Positions 47,739 to 57,578 of a DNA stretch of 64,000 bases are shown here, one piece after another. Each line of letters begins with the position of its first letter. The first letter of the stretch is position 1. A program made the translations under genes and the position numbers. The DNA comes from Thermoproteota archaeon. Its GTDB lineage: Archaea > Korarchaeota > Korarchaeia > B14-G2. The stretch is taken from contig JAVCBW010000034.1 of assembly GCA_037917675.1 (NCBI GenBank), positions 70,788 through 134,787 of the forward strand, in the 5' to 3' direction. Below the pieces are notes generated by a model. It had not been told where the DNA came from. It made no database searches and saw only the letters and a list, made by a program, of their open reading frames with translations.

Positions 47739-48851
47739 AAGCTCTTCAGAGACTTCTACTCCTGAATCTGATAGGAGGTCGATTATCTTCCCATACAACA
47801 CATCTCTCCTCCCAAGCTCCTCAGGTGGAGCTACACCTACCTCGACTTCACCCTCAGCTACCAGCAAAGCTACTGTTGCAGCAGTATATCCTGTTGTCCT
47901 AGCCATGGCTGAGAGCTTCTCAGCTTCACTATACTCATCTACCATGGTGAACTTAGCTCTCCCTAGAGCTCCGCTAGCCTCAACCATCAGGAGAACGATG
48001 TCCCTGCAGGGCTTCAGCCTCGCCTTCAAGAGCTCAGCGAGGAGCTCTCTAGGCCTGACGAGCACACCAGACACCCTGACTTCCTCGCTTGACATCAGCC
48101 CTAAGTCTCTGAGGAGCTTAACCTTAGCAGCGTGCCCAGGGTATCTGAGCGTCTTCTCAAACATCCTCCTAGCTTTGATGGTCTTTATCAGAGTCCTCAG
48201 CCCATCAGTATAGAAGGCTTCAAGCTTGAGTGGAGGGTTCCCTGGGAACTCCACCTCTTCAACCCCGCTCAGAGGCTCTACTACAGTAACCTGCCCGTCA
48301 GCTACTATCCTAGCTGGCCTCACATACTCCTCAATCAAGTCCTCTACAGACCATGTCACACAGTACTCTAGAGGAGGCTCCGGCTTAGCTGGTATCCCTC
48401 CCACGTATATCTTGAGCTCCTCTAGCTCCCCTAGCTTGCTCTCAGCTCTCCCAGCTAAGATGTTGCTCAAGCCAGGTGCTACACCACAGTCTGGCACAAA
48501 AGCAACCTTGCTCTCCTGGGCTAAGCTGGCGAAGCTGAATGGGTCTAGATCAGAGTATGAGACATCCACCACGTTCACTCCAGCTCTGAGCCCAGCTGAG
48601 ACTCCAAGGGGCCCAGTGCTCCCTGGCAGAGCTATACACGCTACATCATGTCCTTCAAGCATGCCTCTCAGCTCACTCAGCTCTGAGGCATCAGCCTTAG
48701 CTACTCTAGCCCTCGCCTCAGTGAGCTTAGCAGCCTCCTCAGCTGCATCAAGCGAGATGTCTATCAAGGTGAGCCTAGTGAACCCTAGCTGCCCAAGCCT
48801 CTTAGCTATAGCCTTACCCACTCTACCACAGCCGACTACAGCAGCCTCCAT
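47727..48851 (-). CDS. Saccharopine/lysine 6-dehydrogenase family protein
   Basis: GCGRVG, DCGVAPGLSN, TWSVEDLIEEY, EAFYTDGLRTL, TLRYPGH, AMARTTG. Confidence 0.88.
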   Translation of the reverse strand: MEAAVVGCGRVGKAIAKRLGQLGFTRLTLIDISLDAAEEAAKLTEARARVAKADASELSELRGMLEGHDVACIALPGSTGPLGVSAGLRAGVNVVDVSYSDLDPFSFASLAQESKVAFVPDCGVAPGLSNILAGRAESKLGELEELKIYVGGIPAKPEPPLEYCVTWSVEDLIEEYVRPARIVADGQVTVVEPLSGVEEVEFPGNPPLKLEAFYTDGLRTLIKTIKARRMFEKTLRYPGHAAKVKLLRDLGLMSSEEVRVSGVLVRPRELLAELLKARLKPCRDIVLLMVEASGALGRAKFTMVDEYSEAEKLSAMARTTGYTAATVALLVAEGEVEVGVAPPEELGRRDVLYGKIIDLLSDSGVEVSEELLSP

Positions 48852-48929
48852 CCAGCCTACACCACCAGGCTAGAGCTATCTAATGCTCTTGGCGTGAAGT
48901 TATTAACCATGGTGTGACGCTAGAGAACT

Positions 48930-49328
48930 ATGGATGAGCTTGAAGAGCTGAAGAGAAGGAGGCTAGCTGAGCTCCTTAAGAGGCCATCTGAGCTCAGGAG
49001 GGAGCTGCCTAGGGGTCCTGTTGAGCTTGATAGCAGCAGCTTCTGGAGGTTTATCCAAGAGAGCAGGGTTGCTGTAGTCGACTTCTGGGCTGAGTGGTGC
49101 ATGCCATGTAAGATCGTTGCTCCAGTCATAGATGAGCTATCAAAGAGGTATGCTGGGAGGGTCGCCTTCGGGAAGCTTAACGTCGACAGGAGCCCTGACA
49201 TAGCAGCTCAGATGCAGGTTATGGCCATACCGACACTAGTCCTCTTTGTCGAAGGGAAGCCTGTTGACAGGCTGACTGGAGCATACCCGAAGCCTGTCAT
49301 AGAGCGCTGGCTTTCAAGGTACCTGTAG
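48930..49328 (+). CDS. trxA: Thioredoxin
   Basis: DFWAEWCMPC, IPTL. Confidence 0.93.
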   Translation: MDELEELKRRRLAELLKRPSELRRELPRGPVELDSSSFWRFIQESRVAVVDFWAEWCMPCKIVAPVIDELSKRYAGRVAFGKLNVDRSPDIAAQMQVMAIPTLVLFVEGKPVDRLTGAYPKPVIERWLSRYL

Positions 49329-49359
49329 CAGCTATGCGCCTCTCTCCCAGCCTAGCTGC

Positions 49360-51222
49360 TCAGCTAGTGGCCTCATCGAACACCTCAGCAGCCCTCTTGA
49401 TCCTAGTGTAGCTCACATCTTCAGCTGTAGACTTAGCATACTCTGGGAGCAGCTCAAAGTACATTGGCTTAGCATACCTCTCATCGCCAAGGATGAAGAG
49501 TGCTCTGTCATCAGATGACCTGAGTACTCTCCCCATAGCCTGAGCTACCCTCCTCAAAGCTGGCACCACATACCCGTAGTATACCCCCTTCTCTCTCCCA
49601 TATCTGCTCACATAATACTGGAGATAGACTCTAGTCCTCGTTGTCACTCTGTCAAATGGTATCCCTACCAGGAAGGCTCCCTCAAGCTGCCTTCCAGGGA
49701 AGTCTACCCCCTCAGCGAACTTCCCTGTCATGGTAGCACACAGGACTCCAGCTCCGCTCCTAGCATACCTCCTAAACTCCTCTAACATCTCCCTGGCTTC
49801 ATGCCCCCTCATCTCCTGTCTCTCAATGAATGCCTTCCTGCCAAGGGCCTCAGCGTCCTCAGCTATCCCATCAGCAAGCTCACCCATCACTCTATAGCTT
49901 GAGAAGTAGACTGCTACGCTTGCCTTAAAGCCTTCCAGGAATAGCCTTATAGCCTGCCTGTACCTGGAGGCCATCTCAGCAGAGAGCTTCTCTCCACGTG
50001 TACTGAGCTCTCTCACCACGATAGCCTTTACTCTACTCAGGTCATAAGGGAGCCCAGCTCTAGCATACCTGTAAGAGTCTAGGCCTGCTGTCTCAGCGAA
50101 AGCTGAGACCGGCCCTAGAGTCCCTGAGGTGAAGACGCATGCCTTGAACTCGCTCCACAATGGGGCAAGCACCTCAGCTGACCTCATGTCCCACCTTTCA
50201 ACCCTGACCTCTTCCCCGTCCTCCTCTACTAGGAAGGCTATCCCCTCCTCTCCCTCAAGCTCAAGAGATCTAAGCCAGAAGTCAGCTAGGTGCCTAAGGG
50301 AAGATGACGGTCTAGCTCCAGCTTGAAGCCTTACCTTCCTAACCTCCTCTCCAGCTTCCTTAGCTTCCTCAAGCATCTCAGTAGCTCTGTCTACAGTAGC
50401 CCTGAATGTCGCTTCAATGATGTCTGAGGGCTTGAATACGCTGTCAGCAGGAAGCCTTCTGATAGCCCACTGCATCCTAGAGAGGGGCTCAGCCAGCCAG
50501 CTGTAGCTCTCTCCTGCCAGAGCCAGCTCCCTACTTGCTCTAGCTATCGTCCTAGATGTTATGCTATCTGAGTTTATGCTAGAGGAAGCCTGCTGGATGT
50601 TGTGTGCCTCATCTACGACTAGATAGCAGCCCTTAAATGGAGCAGCCCTCCTAAGAGCCCAGCCTATCTCCCTGCTCAAGACGTAGTTATAGCTGAGAGA
50701 GATCACTGTAGCCTTCTTGAGCAGGAGCTGCTGAGCGTAATACGGGCAGACACCTAGCCTCCTACACTCCTCGATGAGCTCACTGAACACGAGAGGCCTG
50801 CTTGCCTTAAGCCTCCTAGCATGCTCAGCCAGCCTAGCATAGTATGGGCACCTCCTTCTAGCTTGCCTACAGAGGAAAGCTGACTCCTCATAGCTTAGCT
50901 CACCGATACCCATATCCTCTACAAGCAGACACATGTCCTTCTTCCCACGGTAGGAGAAGCCGAAGATCCTCAGCCCCCTCGCCTCACAAATAACCTTAAG
51001 CTCCTCAATAGGCCTGTCAGCCTCTCCTCCAGTCTTAACAGCCCACACTATCCTAGAGTCTTCAGCTAGCGCCCTCTTCAACAGGGCTGCTAGGATCACT
51101 GGGGTCTTCCCGAAGCCTGTCGGAGCACTAATACATAGGCTTCCCTCCCCAATGCTCTCTAGTATGAACTCTATTAGCTCGAGCTGCCCCCCTCTAGGAG
51201 GGTAAGGGAATAGCTCACTCAA
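49360..51222 (-). CDS. xpd: XPD/Rad3-like Fe-S DNA helicase
   Basis: APTGFGKT, four Cys (C..C..CPYY..CPYY), DEAH, SGT, EGVDF, QAMGRVLR. Confidence 0.9.
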   Translation of the reverse strand: MSELFPYPPRGGQLELIEFILESIGEGSLCISAPTGFGKTPVILAALLKRALAEDSRIVWAVKTGGEADRPIEELKVICEARGLRIFGFSYRGKKDMCLLVEDMGIGELSYEESAFLCRQARRRCPYYARLAEHARRLKASRPLVFSELIEECRRLGVCPYYAQQLLLKKATVISLSYNYVLSREIGWALRRAAPFKGCYLVVDEAHNIQQASSSINSDSITSRTIARASRELALAGESYSWLAEPLSRMQWAIRRLPADSVFKPSDIIEATFRATVDRATEMLEEAKEAGEEVRKVRLQAGARPSSSLRHLADFWLRSLELEGEEGIAFLVEEDGEEVRVERWDMRSAEVLAPLWSEFKACVFTSGTLGPVSAFAETAGLDSYRYARAGLPYDLSRVKAIVVRELSTRGEKLSAEMASRYRQAIRLFLEGFKASVAVYFSSYRVMGELADGIAEDAEALGRKAFIERQEMRGHEAREMLEEFRRYARSGAGVLCATMTGKFAEGVDFPGRQLEGAFLVGIPFDRVTTRTRVYLQYYVSRYGREKGVYYGYVVPALRRVAQAMGRVLRSSDDRALFILGDERYAKPMYFELLPEYAKSTAEDVSYTRIKRAAEVFDEATS

Positions 51223-51266
51223 GACCCTCCCTAACTGAGGCTACCCCCTACTGCATATATAGCTCG

Positions 51267-52136
51267 CTACTCTGGATAAGGCTTACCTAAAGCTGAGACT
51301 CCTGCTCTCCTCTTGACCTCCTCTCTGCTCCCAGCTAGCAGAGCCAGTATAGCAGCCAGATAGGGGAGGGCCATGAGCAGTGGAGCAGAGATCCCTAGTG
51401 GCTGAAGCCTGTAAGCCAGCGCCTCGATGAGCCCGAACATGTAGGCTCCTAGCACGGCTTTCCCAGGGCTCCAGAAGGAGAACACAGTCAGCCCTATCAC
51501 AATCCAGCCTCGCCCTCCAGTCATCCCTTCAATCCAAGATGGCGTATATGCTAGAGGGAGATAGCCTCCAGCTACGCCAGCTAAGGCACCACCTATGACT
51601 GTGGCAGCATACCTCACTGAGTGTACTCTGATCCCTAGAGCCTCAGCTGCCCTGGGATCTTCTCCAACAGCTCTGAGGACTACTCCGATCCTGGTCTTCC
51701 AGAGCACAGCCCAGGCGAAGACTGCAGCCAGCAGAGCTCCATATGCTACTGGGTCAGCTGCCAGAGCCCCTATCAGCTTCACCTCCCTAAACCTAGCTGG
51801 GAGAGGTACTCCAATATACCTCCTCCCAGCTAGAGAGCTTACTCCCAAGCCAAGCATAGCTATGCTGAGCCCACACACCACCTGATTCCCTCTCAGGGTA
51901 ACTGAGACAGCTGCGTGGACTAGCGCCAGGAGAGCTCCAGCTGCAGCTGCTGCAGCAAGCCCAGCTACAGCGCTCCCAGCCCTATAGGCCACAGCGAAAG
52001 CTGCTACAGCACCAGCAGCCATCATCCCCTCAACACCGAGATTCAGGACCCCACTTCTCTCAGTCAGAACCTCCCCTACAGTCCCTAGGAGGAGTGGGGT
52101 GCCAGCTCTAACCATAGCTCTAATCAGGCTCCACAC
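51267..52136 (-). CDS. Nucleoside/sugar ABC transporter permease
   Basis: ERSGVLNLGVEG, RAVGEDP, GRGWI, ALGKPY. Confidence 0.92.
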   Translation of the reverse strand: MWSLIRAMVRAGTPLLLGTVGEVLTERSGVLNLGVEGMMAAGAVAAFAVAYRAGSAVAGLAAAAAAGALLALVHAAVSVTLRGNQVVCGLSIAMLGLGVSSLAGRRYIGVPLPARFREVKLIGALAADPVAYGALLAAVFAWAVLWKTRIGVVLRAVGEDPRAAEALGIRVHSVRYAATVIGGALAGVAGGYLPLAYTPSWIEGMTGGRGWIVIGLTVFSFWSPGKAVLGAYMFGLIEALAYRLQPLGISAPLLMALPYLAAILALLAGSREEVKRRAGVSALGKPYPE

Positions 52137-53185
52137 TACCTGACCACCCTATACTTCGAGGCGACTTCACCTACCAGAAGAGACAGCAGGATCATTCCAT
52201 TGAAGACATTTACCACACCATATGGTAGCCTGAGCTTAACCTGTATAGCATCTCCTCCAACGAGCAGCGACCCGAGGAAGAATGCTGAGAGAATAGTCAG
52301 CAGCGGGTTAAGTCTACCAAGCCAAGCTACTATGATCGCTGTGTACCCATATCCACAGGAAACTCCTCTAGGATACCTGAGCCTATGGTGTATTCCAGCT
52401 ACCTCACCTACTCCAGCTAGCCCAGCTAGCACTCCACTTATACAGAGGCATGCTGCTACAACCCTAGCCTTGCTGACTCCAGCATACTCTGCTGCAGCCT
52501 TGCTGCTCCCATAGACTCTAAGCTCGAAGCCCAGCTTGCTCCTCGAGAGAACCCAGTACACGAGGAGGGGTGAGGCCAGAGCCAGAGCTAGAGTTGGAGC
52601 ATGTATCCTCGTAGACCCGAGTGTAGGTAGCTGAGCCCACTCTGGGAACTTATCTGTATAGGGGAACCCCCACTCGCCAGCTCCTCTCCATGGGCCATAG
52701 ATCAGGTGCTCAACCACCTTCTCAGCCACATAGTTCAGCATCAGCGTGACTATCACCTCATTAGCATTCATCTTCACCTTAAGGAAGGCGGGGATGAGGG
52801 CCCAAGCTGCTCCAGCAGCTGCCCCAGCAGCGAACATGAGCAGCAGCCCTGGCAGCCCACTTGCTCCAGAGTAGAGTGCGACCCATGTGGCTGCTGTAGC
52901 ACCAGCTAGGAGCTGCCCCTCGCATCCTATGTTCCAAACTCCAGCTGTGAAGCTTAGGACAAGCCCCTCACCCATCAGCAGGAGCGGTATGGATTTCACA
53001 ACCGTCTCTGAGATCCCATATGAGCTTCCAAGCGAGCTTACGAAGATTATTCTGATGGCTTCAGCTGAGCTCACACCAGAGGCAGCGAAGAGAGCTGAGA
53101 TCGCTGCAAAAGCGAGGCATAGAGAGCCCAATGGTGCTGCTGCCTGAAGCCACCTAGGGCTGCTCTCTCTCCTCTCAAGCCTCAA
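52136..53185 (-). CDS. Nucleoside/sugar ABC transporter permease
   Basis: WNIGCEGQ, NEVIVTLMLNY, GYGYTAIIVAWLG. Confidence 0.92.
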   Translation of the reverse strand: MRLERRESSPRWLQAAAPLGSLCLAFAAISALFAASGVSSAEAIRIIFVSSLGSSYGISETVVKSIPLLLMGEGLVLSFTAGVWNIGCEGQLLAGATAATWVALYSGASGLPGLLLMFAAGAAAGAAWALIPAFLKVKMNANEVIVTLMLNYVAEKVVEHLIYGPWRGAGEWGFPYTDKFPEWAQLPTLGSTRIHAPTLALALASPLLVYWVLSRSKLGFELRVYGSSKAAAEYAGVSKARVVAACLCISGVLAGLAGVGEVAGIHHRLRYPRGVSCGYGYTAIIVAWLGRLNPLLTILSAFFLGSLLVGGDAIQVKLRLPYGVVNVFNGMILLSLLVGEVASKYRVVR

Positions 53186-54652
53186 CTAGCCCACCATCAG
53201 CATGCTAACCCTCTCCTTACTTGCTTCAGAAGCATCCAGCACTCCAGTAAGCCTGCCTCTAACCATCACAGCTATCCTATCACTTACCTCAAGAAGCTCA
53301 TCTACATCCTCTGATATCAGTAGCACACCAGCTCCACCTGCTGCAGCTGAGTAGATTCTCTCTCTAACCTGAGCTGCAGCGGCTACATCAAGACCTGACG
53401 TAGGGTAGGCTGCTACAAGCAGCTTAGGTCCAGTAGACAGCTCTCTTGCCACAACAAGCTTCTGCAGGTTGCCTCCTGAAAGCGTCTTGACAGGAGCCTC
53501 TATGCTGCTTGCTACAATACCATAGTCGCTTACAGCTCTCCTAGCATGCTCTCTGATGGCATCGTAGTCTAGGGTCAAGCTCCTGCAGAAGCTCCTATAA
53601 TACGTCAACACCAGGTTCTCTGCTACAGTTAAGTCTGGGGCGACAGCCTTAAGCCTCTCCTCAGGTATATAGGCTAGGCCAAGCCTCCTCCTCTCTCCTA
53701 CACCAGCTCTCGTGACATCTCTCCCAGCTAATATGACCTCGCCACTCTCAGGTCTCCTCAAGCCAGCTAGAGCTTCAGCAAGCTCCCTCTGCCCATTCCC
53801 TGAGACACCTGCTATCCCAAGGACCTCCCCTGCCTTCACTTCAAGGCTGACGCCTTTCACAGCCAGCTCGCCTCTGTCTCCTCTGACAGCTAGCTCCCTG
53901 ACCTCAAGCATGGCCTCCCCAGGCTTCCTCTCTCTCCTCCTAGCTCTAGGAGGTTCTCTGCCGAACATCATCTCAGCAAGCTCCCTTCTGCTGACCTCGC
54001 TGCTCCTAGCTGACCCAGCGACCCTACCCTTCCTCAAGACAGTGATCCTATCGCTGACAGCTAGAGCCTCATCTAGCTTATGGGTCACAAATACCACTGA
54101 GGCTCCTCTGCTCTTTAGCTCCCTTATGAAATCAAACAGCCACTTCACTTCTGGCTCAGTTAAGACAGAGGTAGGCTCATCTAGGATCAGTATCCTAGCT
54201 CCCCTAGCTAAGGCCTTGAGGATCTCAAGCTGCTGCTTCTCTCCTGCTGAAAGCTGCCAGACGTAGGCATCTGGGTCTAAGCTGGATCCAAGCTCTCTCA
54301 GAAGCCTCTCAGCGTCACGCTTATAGCTGAGCAGGCCTCCTCCAGCTGCGAGAGCCAGGTTTTCAGCTACAGTCAGAGAGTCTACTAGAGTGAAGAACTG
54401 GTGGACCATCCCTATGCCAAGCTTCATAGCGTCTCTAGGAGACCTGAGCTTAGCTCTCCTATCCCAGACCCAGATCTCTCCTTCATCAGGCTTGACTAGC
54501 CCATAGAGGATGCTCATCAGCGTAGTTTTCCCAGCACCATTCTCTCCTAGGAGAGCGTGGACCTCCCCCTCTTCAAGTGTGAAGTCAACCTTGCTGCATG
54601 CCAGGATGCTGCCATATCTCTTGGTTATGCCTTTCATTGAGGCAGCTGGCAT
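53186..54652 (-). CDS. ABC transporter ATP-binding protein (two NBDs)
   Basis: GENGAGKT, LSAGE, ILDEPT, LSGGNLQK; ATG 54652 follows GGTGG SD. Confidence 0.92.
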   Translation of the reverse strand: MPAASMKGITKRYGSILACSKVDFTLEEGEVHALLGENGAGKTTLMSILYGLVKPDEGEIWVWDRRAKLRSPRDAMKLGIGMVHQFFTLVDSLTVAENLALAAGGGLLSYKRDAERLLRELGSSLDPDAYVWQLSAGEKQQLEILKALARGARILILDEPTSVLTEPEVKWLFDFIRELKSRGASVVFVTHKLDEALAVSDRITVLRKGRVAGSARSSEVSRRELAEMMFGREPPRARRRERKPGEAMLEVRELAVRGDRGELAVKGVSLEVKAGEVLGIAGVSGNGQRELAEALAGLRRPESGEVILAGRDVTRAGVGERRRLGLAYIPEERLKAVAPDLTVAENLVLTYYRSFCRSLTLDYDAIREHARRAVSDYGIVASSIEAPVKTLSGGNLQKLVVARELSTGPKLLVAAYPTSGLDVAAAAQVRERIYSAAAGGAGVLLISEDVDELLEVSDRIAVMVRGRLTGVLDASEASKERVSMLMVG

Positions 54653-54681
54653 GCTTCCACCATAAAAATGGGGGGTGGAGG

Positions 54682-55899
54682 CTACTTGGGGATCTCCCCC
54701 ACCACATTGTCTACAAACCACATCATGGTCCAGAGCTCATCATGTCCAAGCCTCTCTCCTGGCCTTGCTCTGAGCTCCCCTCCCTGGTCGTAGAGGGGGC
54801 CTGTGAAGGGGTCGAATGTCGGTACCTCCTCACTCATCTGCTTAAGCCTGAGCATTACGAGGTCATAGACGCTCATCTCCTCTCCAGTTATCTTCTCAGC
54901 GACCTTCACCTCCTTGAGGAGCGGGATGAACTTAGGGTTGATCAGTACACCAAAGTCGCAGCCGAGCTCGACAGCCCCCTCTCTGAGCATCCACCAGTAG
55001 TCTACGTTCTCTAGGTTTGTCGTAGTGTATATTCCGAGGTAGACCTTAGCCAAGATGTCTTCATAGATCTTCTCCCAGTGGACTAGCTGACCTGAGACAC
55101 AGCTGTCAGGGCCAAACTTCAGCATTGGGCTATAGTGGGCGAAGGTATATATCTGCTTGCCCCTCTCACTATACTCCTGCCCAACCTGCACTACAGTAGG
55201 AGAGTCCTCCGTGAAGGCCAGCACGTCACAGCCTTCAGCTATCAGGGCTTCAGCAGCCTCCCTGGCTTTAGGTGGGTCATACCAGGAGAACAGCCACCTC
55301 ACATGGACCTTAGCCTCAGGGTTGACCTCCTTAACTCCTATAGCGAAGGCGTTTATGTGCCTGATCACCTCTGGGATCGGGTGGGCTGCAACATACCCGA
55401 CCTTACCTGTCTTCGTCAGGGCTCCAGCTATCAGCCCATTGAGGTAGTAGACCTGATAGAACTCAGCGAAGTATGTGCCGACGTTCTTAGCTCTCTTATA
55501 CCCTGAGCAGTGGAAGAATATCTTGTCAGGATACTTTGAGCCAGCCTTGATGGTCGCATCCATATACCCAAAGCTAGTTGTAAAGACTATGTCATAGCCT
55601 TCCTGGATGAACCTGTCTATAATCCTCTCTACGTCAGCTTCACTCACGCTCTCAGCATAGGCTGTCTCAAGCCAAGGGAACTTCTTCTCAACGTAAAGCC
55701 TCCCCTCATTGTGGGCATGGCTCCACCCATAGTCTCCTATGGGCCCAACGTATATCCAGGCTGCTCTAAGCCTCTTTTCCGCCACCTGTCCTCCAGTAGG
55801 CTGCTCTTCAGCCTGCTGCCTTGGCGCTACCATGTAGCCTACAGGCACACCTACTAGCAGGCCTACCAGTAAGCCTGCTAAAAGGTAGCTCCATCGCAT
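54682..55899 (-). CDS. BMP-family ABC substrate-binding protein (purine nucleoside type)
   Basis: Real start MRWSYLL (55899) with N-terminal TM anchor; YVGPIGDYGW, TSFGY, PIPEVIRHINAF. Confidence 0.9.
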   Translation of the reverse strand: MRWSYLLAGLLVGLLVGVPVGYMVAPRQQAEEQPTGGQVAEKRLRAAWIYVGPIGDYGWSHAHNEGRLYVEKKFPWLETAYAESVSEADVERIIDRFIQEGYDIVFTTSFGYMDATIKAGSKYPDKIFFHCSGYKRAKNVGTYFAEFYQVYYLNGLIAGALTKTGKVGYVAAHPIPEVIRHINAFAIGVKEVNPEAKVHVRWLFSWYDPPKAREAAEALIAEGCDVLAFTEDSPTVVQVGQEYSERGKQIYTFAHYSPMLKFGPDSCVSGQLVHWEKIYEDILAKVYLGIYTTTNLENVDYWWMLREGAVELGCDFGVLINPKFIPLLKEVKVAEKITGEEMSVYDLVMLRLKQMSEEVPTFDPFTGPLYDQGGELRARPGERLGHDELWTMMWFVDNVVGEIPK

Positions 55900-55960
55900 T
55901 ATCCCACATGCTCCACTTGATGTATATGTATAAAAATGATGAGGTAGACAAGGTGAAAAT

Positions 55961-55976
55961 TTGCGCATATGTGCAA
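55961..55976. promoter_or_regulatory. Candidate palindromic operator between divergent ABC operon and acyl-CoA dehydrogenase
   Basis: TTGCGCAT-ATGTGCAA (7/8 symmetric) in an AT-rich spacer between two TATA boxes. Confidence 0.4.
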
Positions 55977-56032
55977 CATAGCGGTGCATGCTCTGCTGCA
56001 ATACTGCTTTAAATGCAGCAGCATTCCGCCAC

Positions 56033-57574
56033 ATGGGTGGTTGCTTGGAGCCTCTAGCCTGGTGGAGCAGCCAGCATGTTGAGCTTGCCAGAGAAGTCTG
56101 GGAGTTCGCTGAGGAAGCAGCTCCTACAGCTATAGAAGCAATGTGGGAAGGCCGCTTCCCAAGCGAGCTCTTAGAGGAGGTGAAGAAGAGAGGATGGTTT
56201 GGAGCCATGATACCAGAGGAATACGGGGGCCTAGGCCTCGGGTACACTGGCGCCATAATAGTCACAGAAGGCTTGAGCAGGATCCCAGGGCCTCTAGTAC
56301 ACACATACTCCGTTACAATGTTCGGTGGAACAAACCAAGTCCTGAGGTTTGGTAGCAAGGAGCTGAAGAGCAAGATACTCCCTAGGGTGGCTAAGGGGTG
56401 GGTTGGCGCCATAGTCATAACTGAGCCGTATGCTGGAAGCGATGCAGCCTCCATTGAGACCAGAGCAGAGAGATCTGATGGAGGATATGTGCTATGGGGC
56501 AGGAAGCGGTACATAACCAACGCTGGGCTAGCTGACATGCACTGCGTCTACGCGAGGACAAGCTGGAAGCCAGAGGACGTGGCAGCTAGGAGGCACCTCA
56601 CATGCTTCATAGTAGAGTCTACATCAAGAGGCCTCAAGGTTGAGAGGCTAAACCCACTGATGGGCTGGGACTACCTGTATAACGGGTACATAGTATTCGA
56701 TGGAGTTGAGGTCCCAGAGGAGAACAGGGTAGGTGAGGAGGGTGAGGGCTGGAAGATCATGATGGCTGGCCTAGACTTCGAGAGGCTCATCTTCGCAGCT
56801 GAGATGCTTGGGCCAATGTGGGAGTCGATAAGGTATGCTACAGGCCACGCCAAGAGGAGAGTTCAGTTTAACAGGCCTGTCATAGAGTTTGAGAGCAACA
56901 GGTTCAAGATAGCTGACGCCATCTCAAAGTACAGGATGGCTCGCCTCACCATCTACTATGGAGCACACCTCCTCGACAAGGGAGAAGACGCTGGCCTAGA
57001 GGGGAACATAGGAAAGCTATATGCCTCAGAGTGGATGGGAGAGGTCACAAGAGAGATGATCCAGGTCATGGGTGGAAACGGCTTCACAAAGCTCTATCCT
57101 GTCGAATCCTGGTTCAGAGACAGCAAGGTAGCTGAGATAGGAGCTGGAACAAGCGAGATCCTCAGGATAGTCATATTCAGGCATGCTATGAGGAGGCTTG
57201 GAGGCATGCTGAAGCTCCCTCAGAGGAAGCTTCATCCAAGGCTCAAGGTTCCAGTACCACTTAAGCCAGGTGAGGAGCTTCCCAAGCTTCCTGCGACAGA
57301 AGAGGGAGTGCTGAAAGCTCTCATCGAGACGTACACTGTGGACCCTGGGCTCAGCATTGAGGTAGATGAGCTAGCTGCCAGAGTGGGTTCAAGAGGGGAA
57401 GCTGAGAGGCTCCTCCTAGCCCTAGAGGAGAAGGGGCTAGCAGAGGTATATAGGGACAGGAGAGGCAGGCTCTCGCTAGCGAGACCCACCTTGAAAGCTC
57501 TAGAGAAGCTGCCTCTAGAAGAGGTGAGGTGGCATCCGAAGTGGGCTAGGCCTGAGAGCCTGAGGTACTGGTGA
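56033..57574 (+). CDS. Acyl-CoA dehydrogenase with C-terminal winged-helix-like extension
   Basis: IPEEYGG, ITEPYAGSD, GRKRYITN, RVQF, QVMGGNG, EIGAGTSEI; start ATG 56033 or TTG 56045. Confidence 0.9.
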   Translation: MGGCLEPLAWWSSQHVELAREVWEFAEEAAPTAIEAMWEGRFPSELLEEVKKRGWFGAMIPEEYGGLGLGYTGAIIVTEGLSRIPGPLVHTYSVTMFGGTNQVLRFGSKELKSKILPRVAKGWVGAIVITEPYAGSDAASIETRAERSDGGYVLWGRKRYITNAGLADMHCVYARTSWKPEDVAARRHLTCFIVESTSRGLKVERLNPLMGWDYLYNGYIVFDGVEVPEENRVGEEGEGWKIMMAGLDFERLIFAAEMLGPMWESIRYATGHAKRRVQFNRPVIEFESNRFKIADAISKYRMARLTIYYGAHLLDKGEDAGLEGNIGKLYASEWMGEVTREMIQVMGGNGFTKLYPVESWFRDSKVAEIGAGTSEILRIVIFRHAMRRLGGMLKLPQRKLHPRLKVPVPLKPGEELPKLPATEEGVLKALIETYTVDPGLSIEVDELAARVGSRGEAERLLLALEEKGLAEVYRDRRGRLSLARPTLKALEKLPLEEVRWHPKWARPESLRYW

Positions 57575-57578
57575 GCTC

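Noticed and set aside
55936-55956. ATGATGA-N10-GTGA as a C/D sRNA
   Set aside because: There is no C' or terminal D box, and it overlaps promoter elements.
55900-56538. N-terminal 213 aa of the 618-aa BMP ORF
   Set aside because: It is antisense to the acyl-CoA dehydrogenase and crosses the promoter; the real start is ATG 55899.
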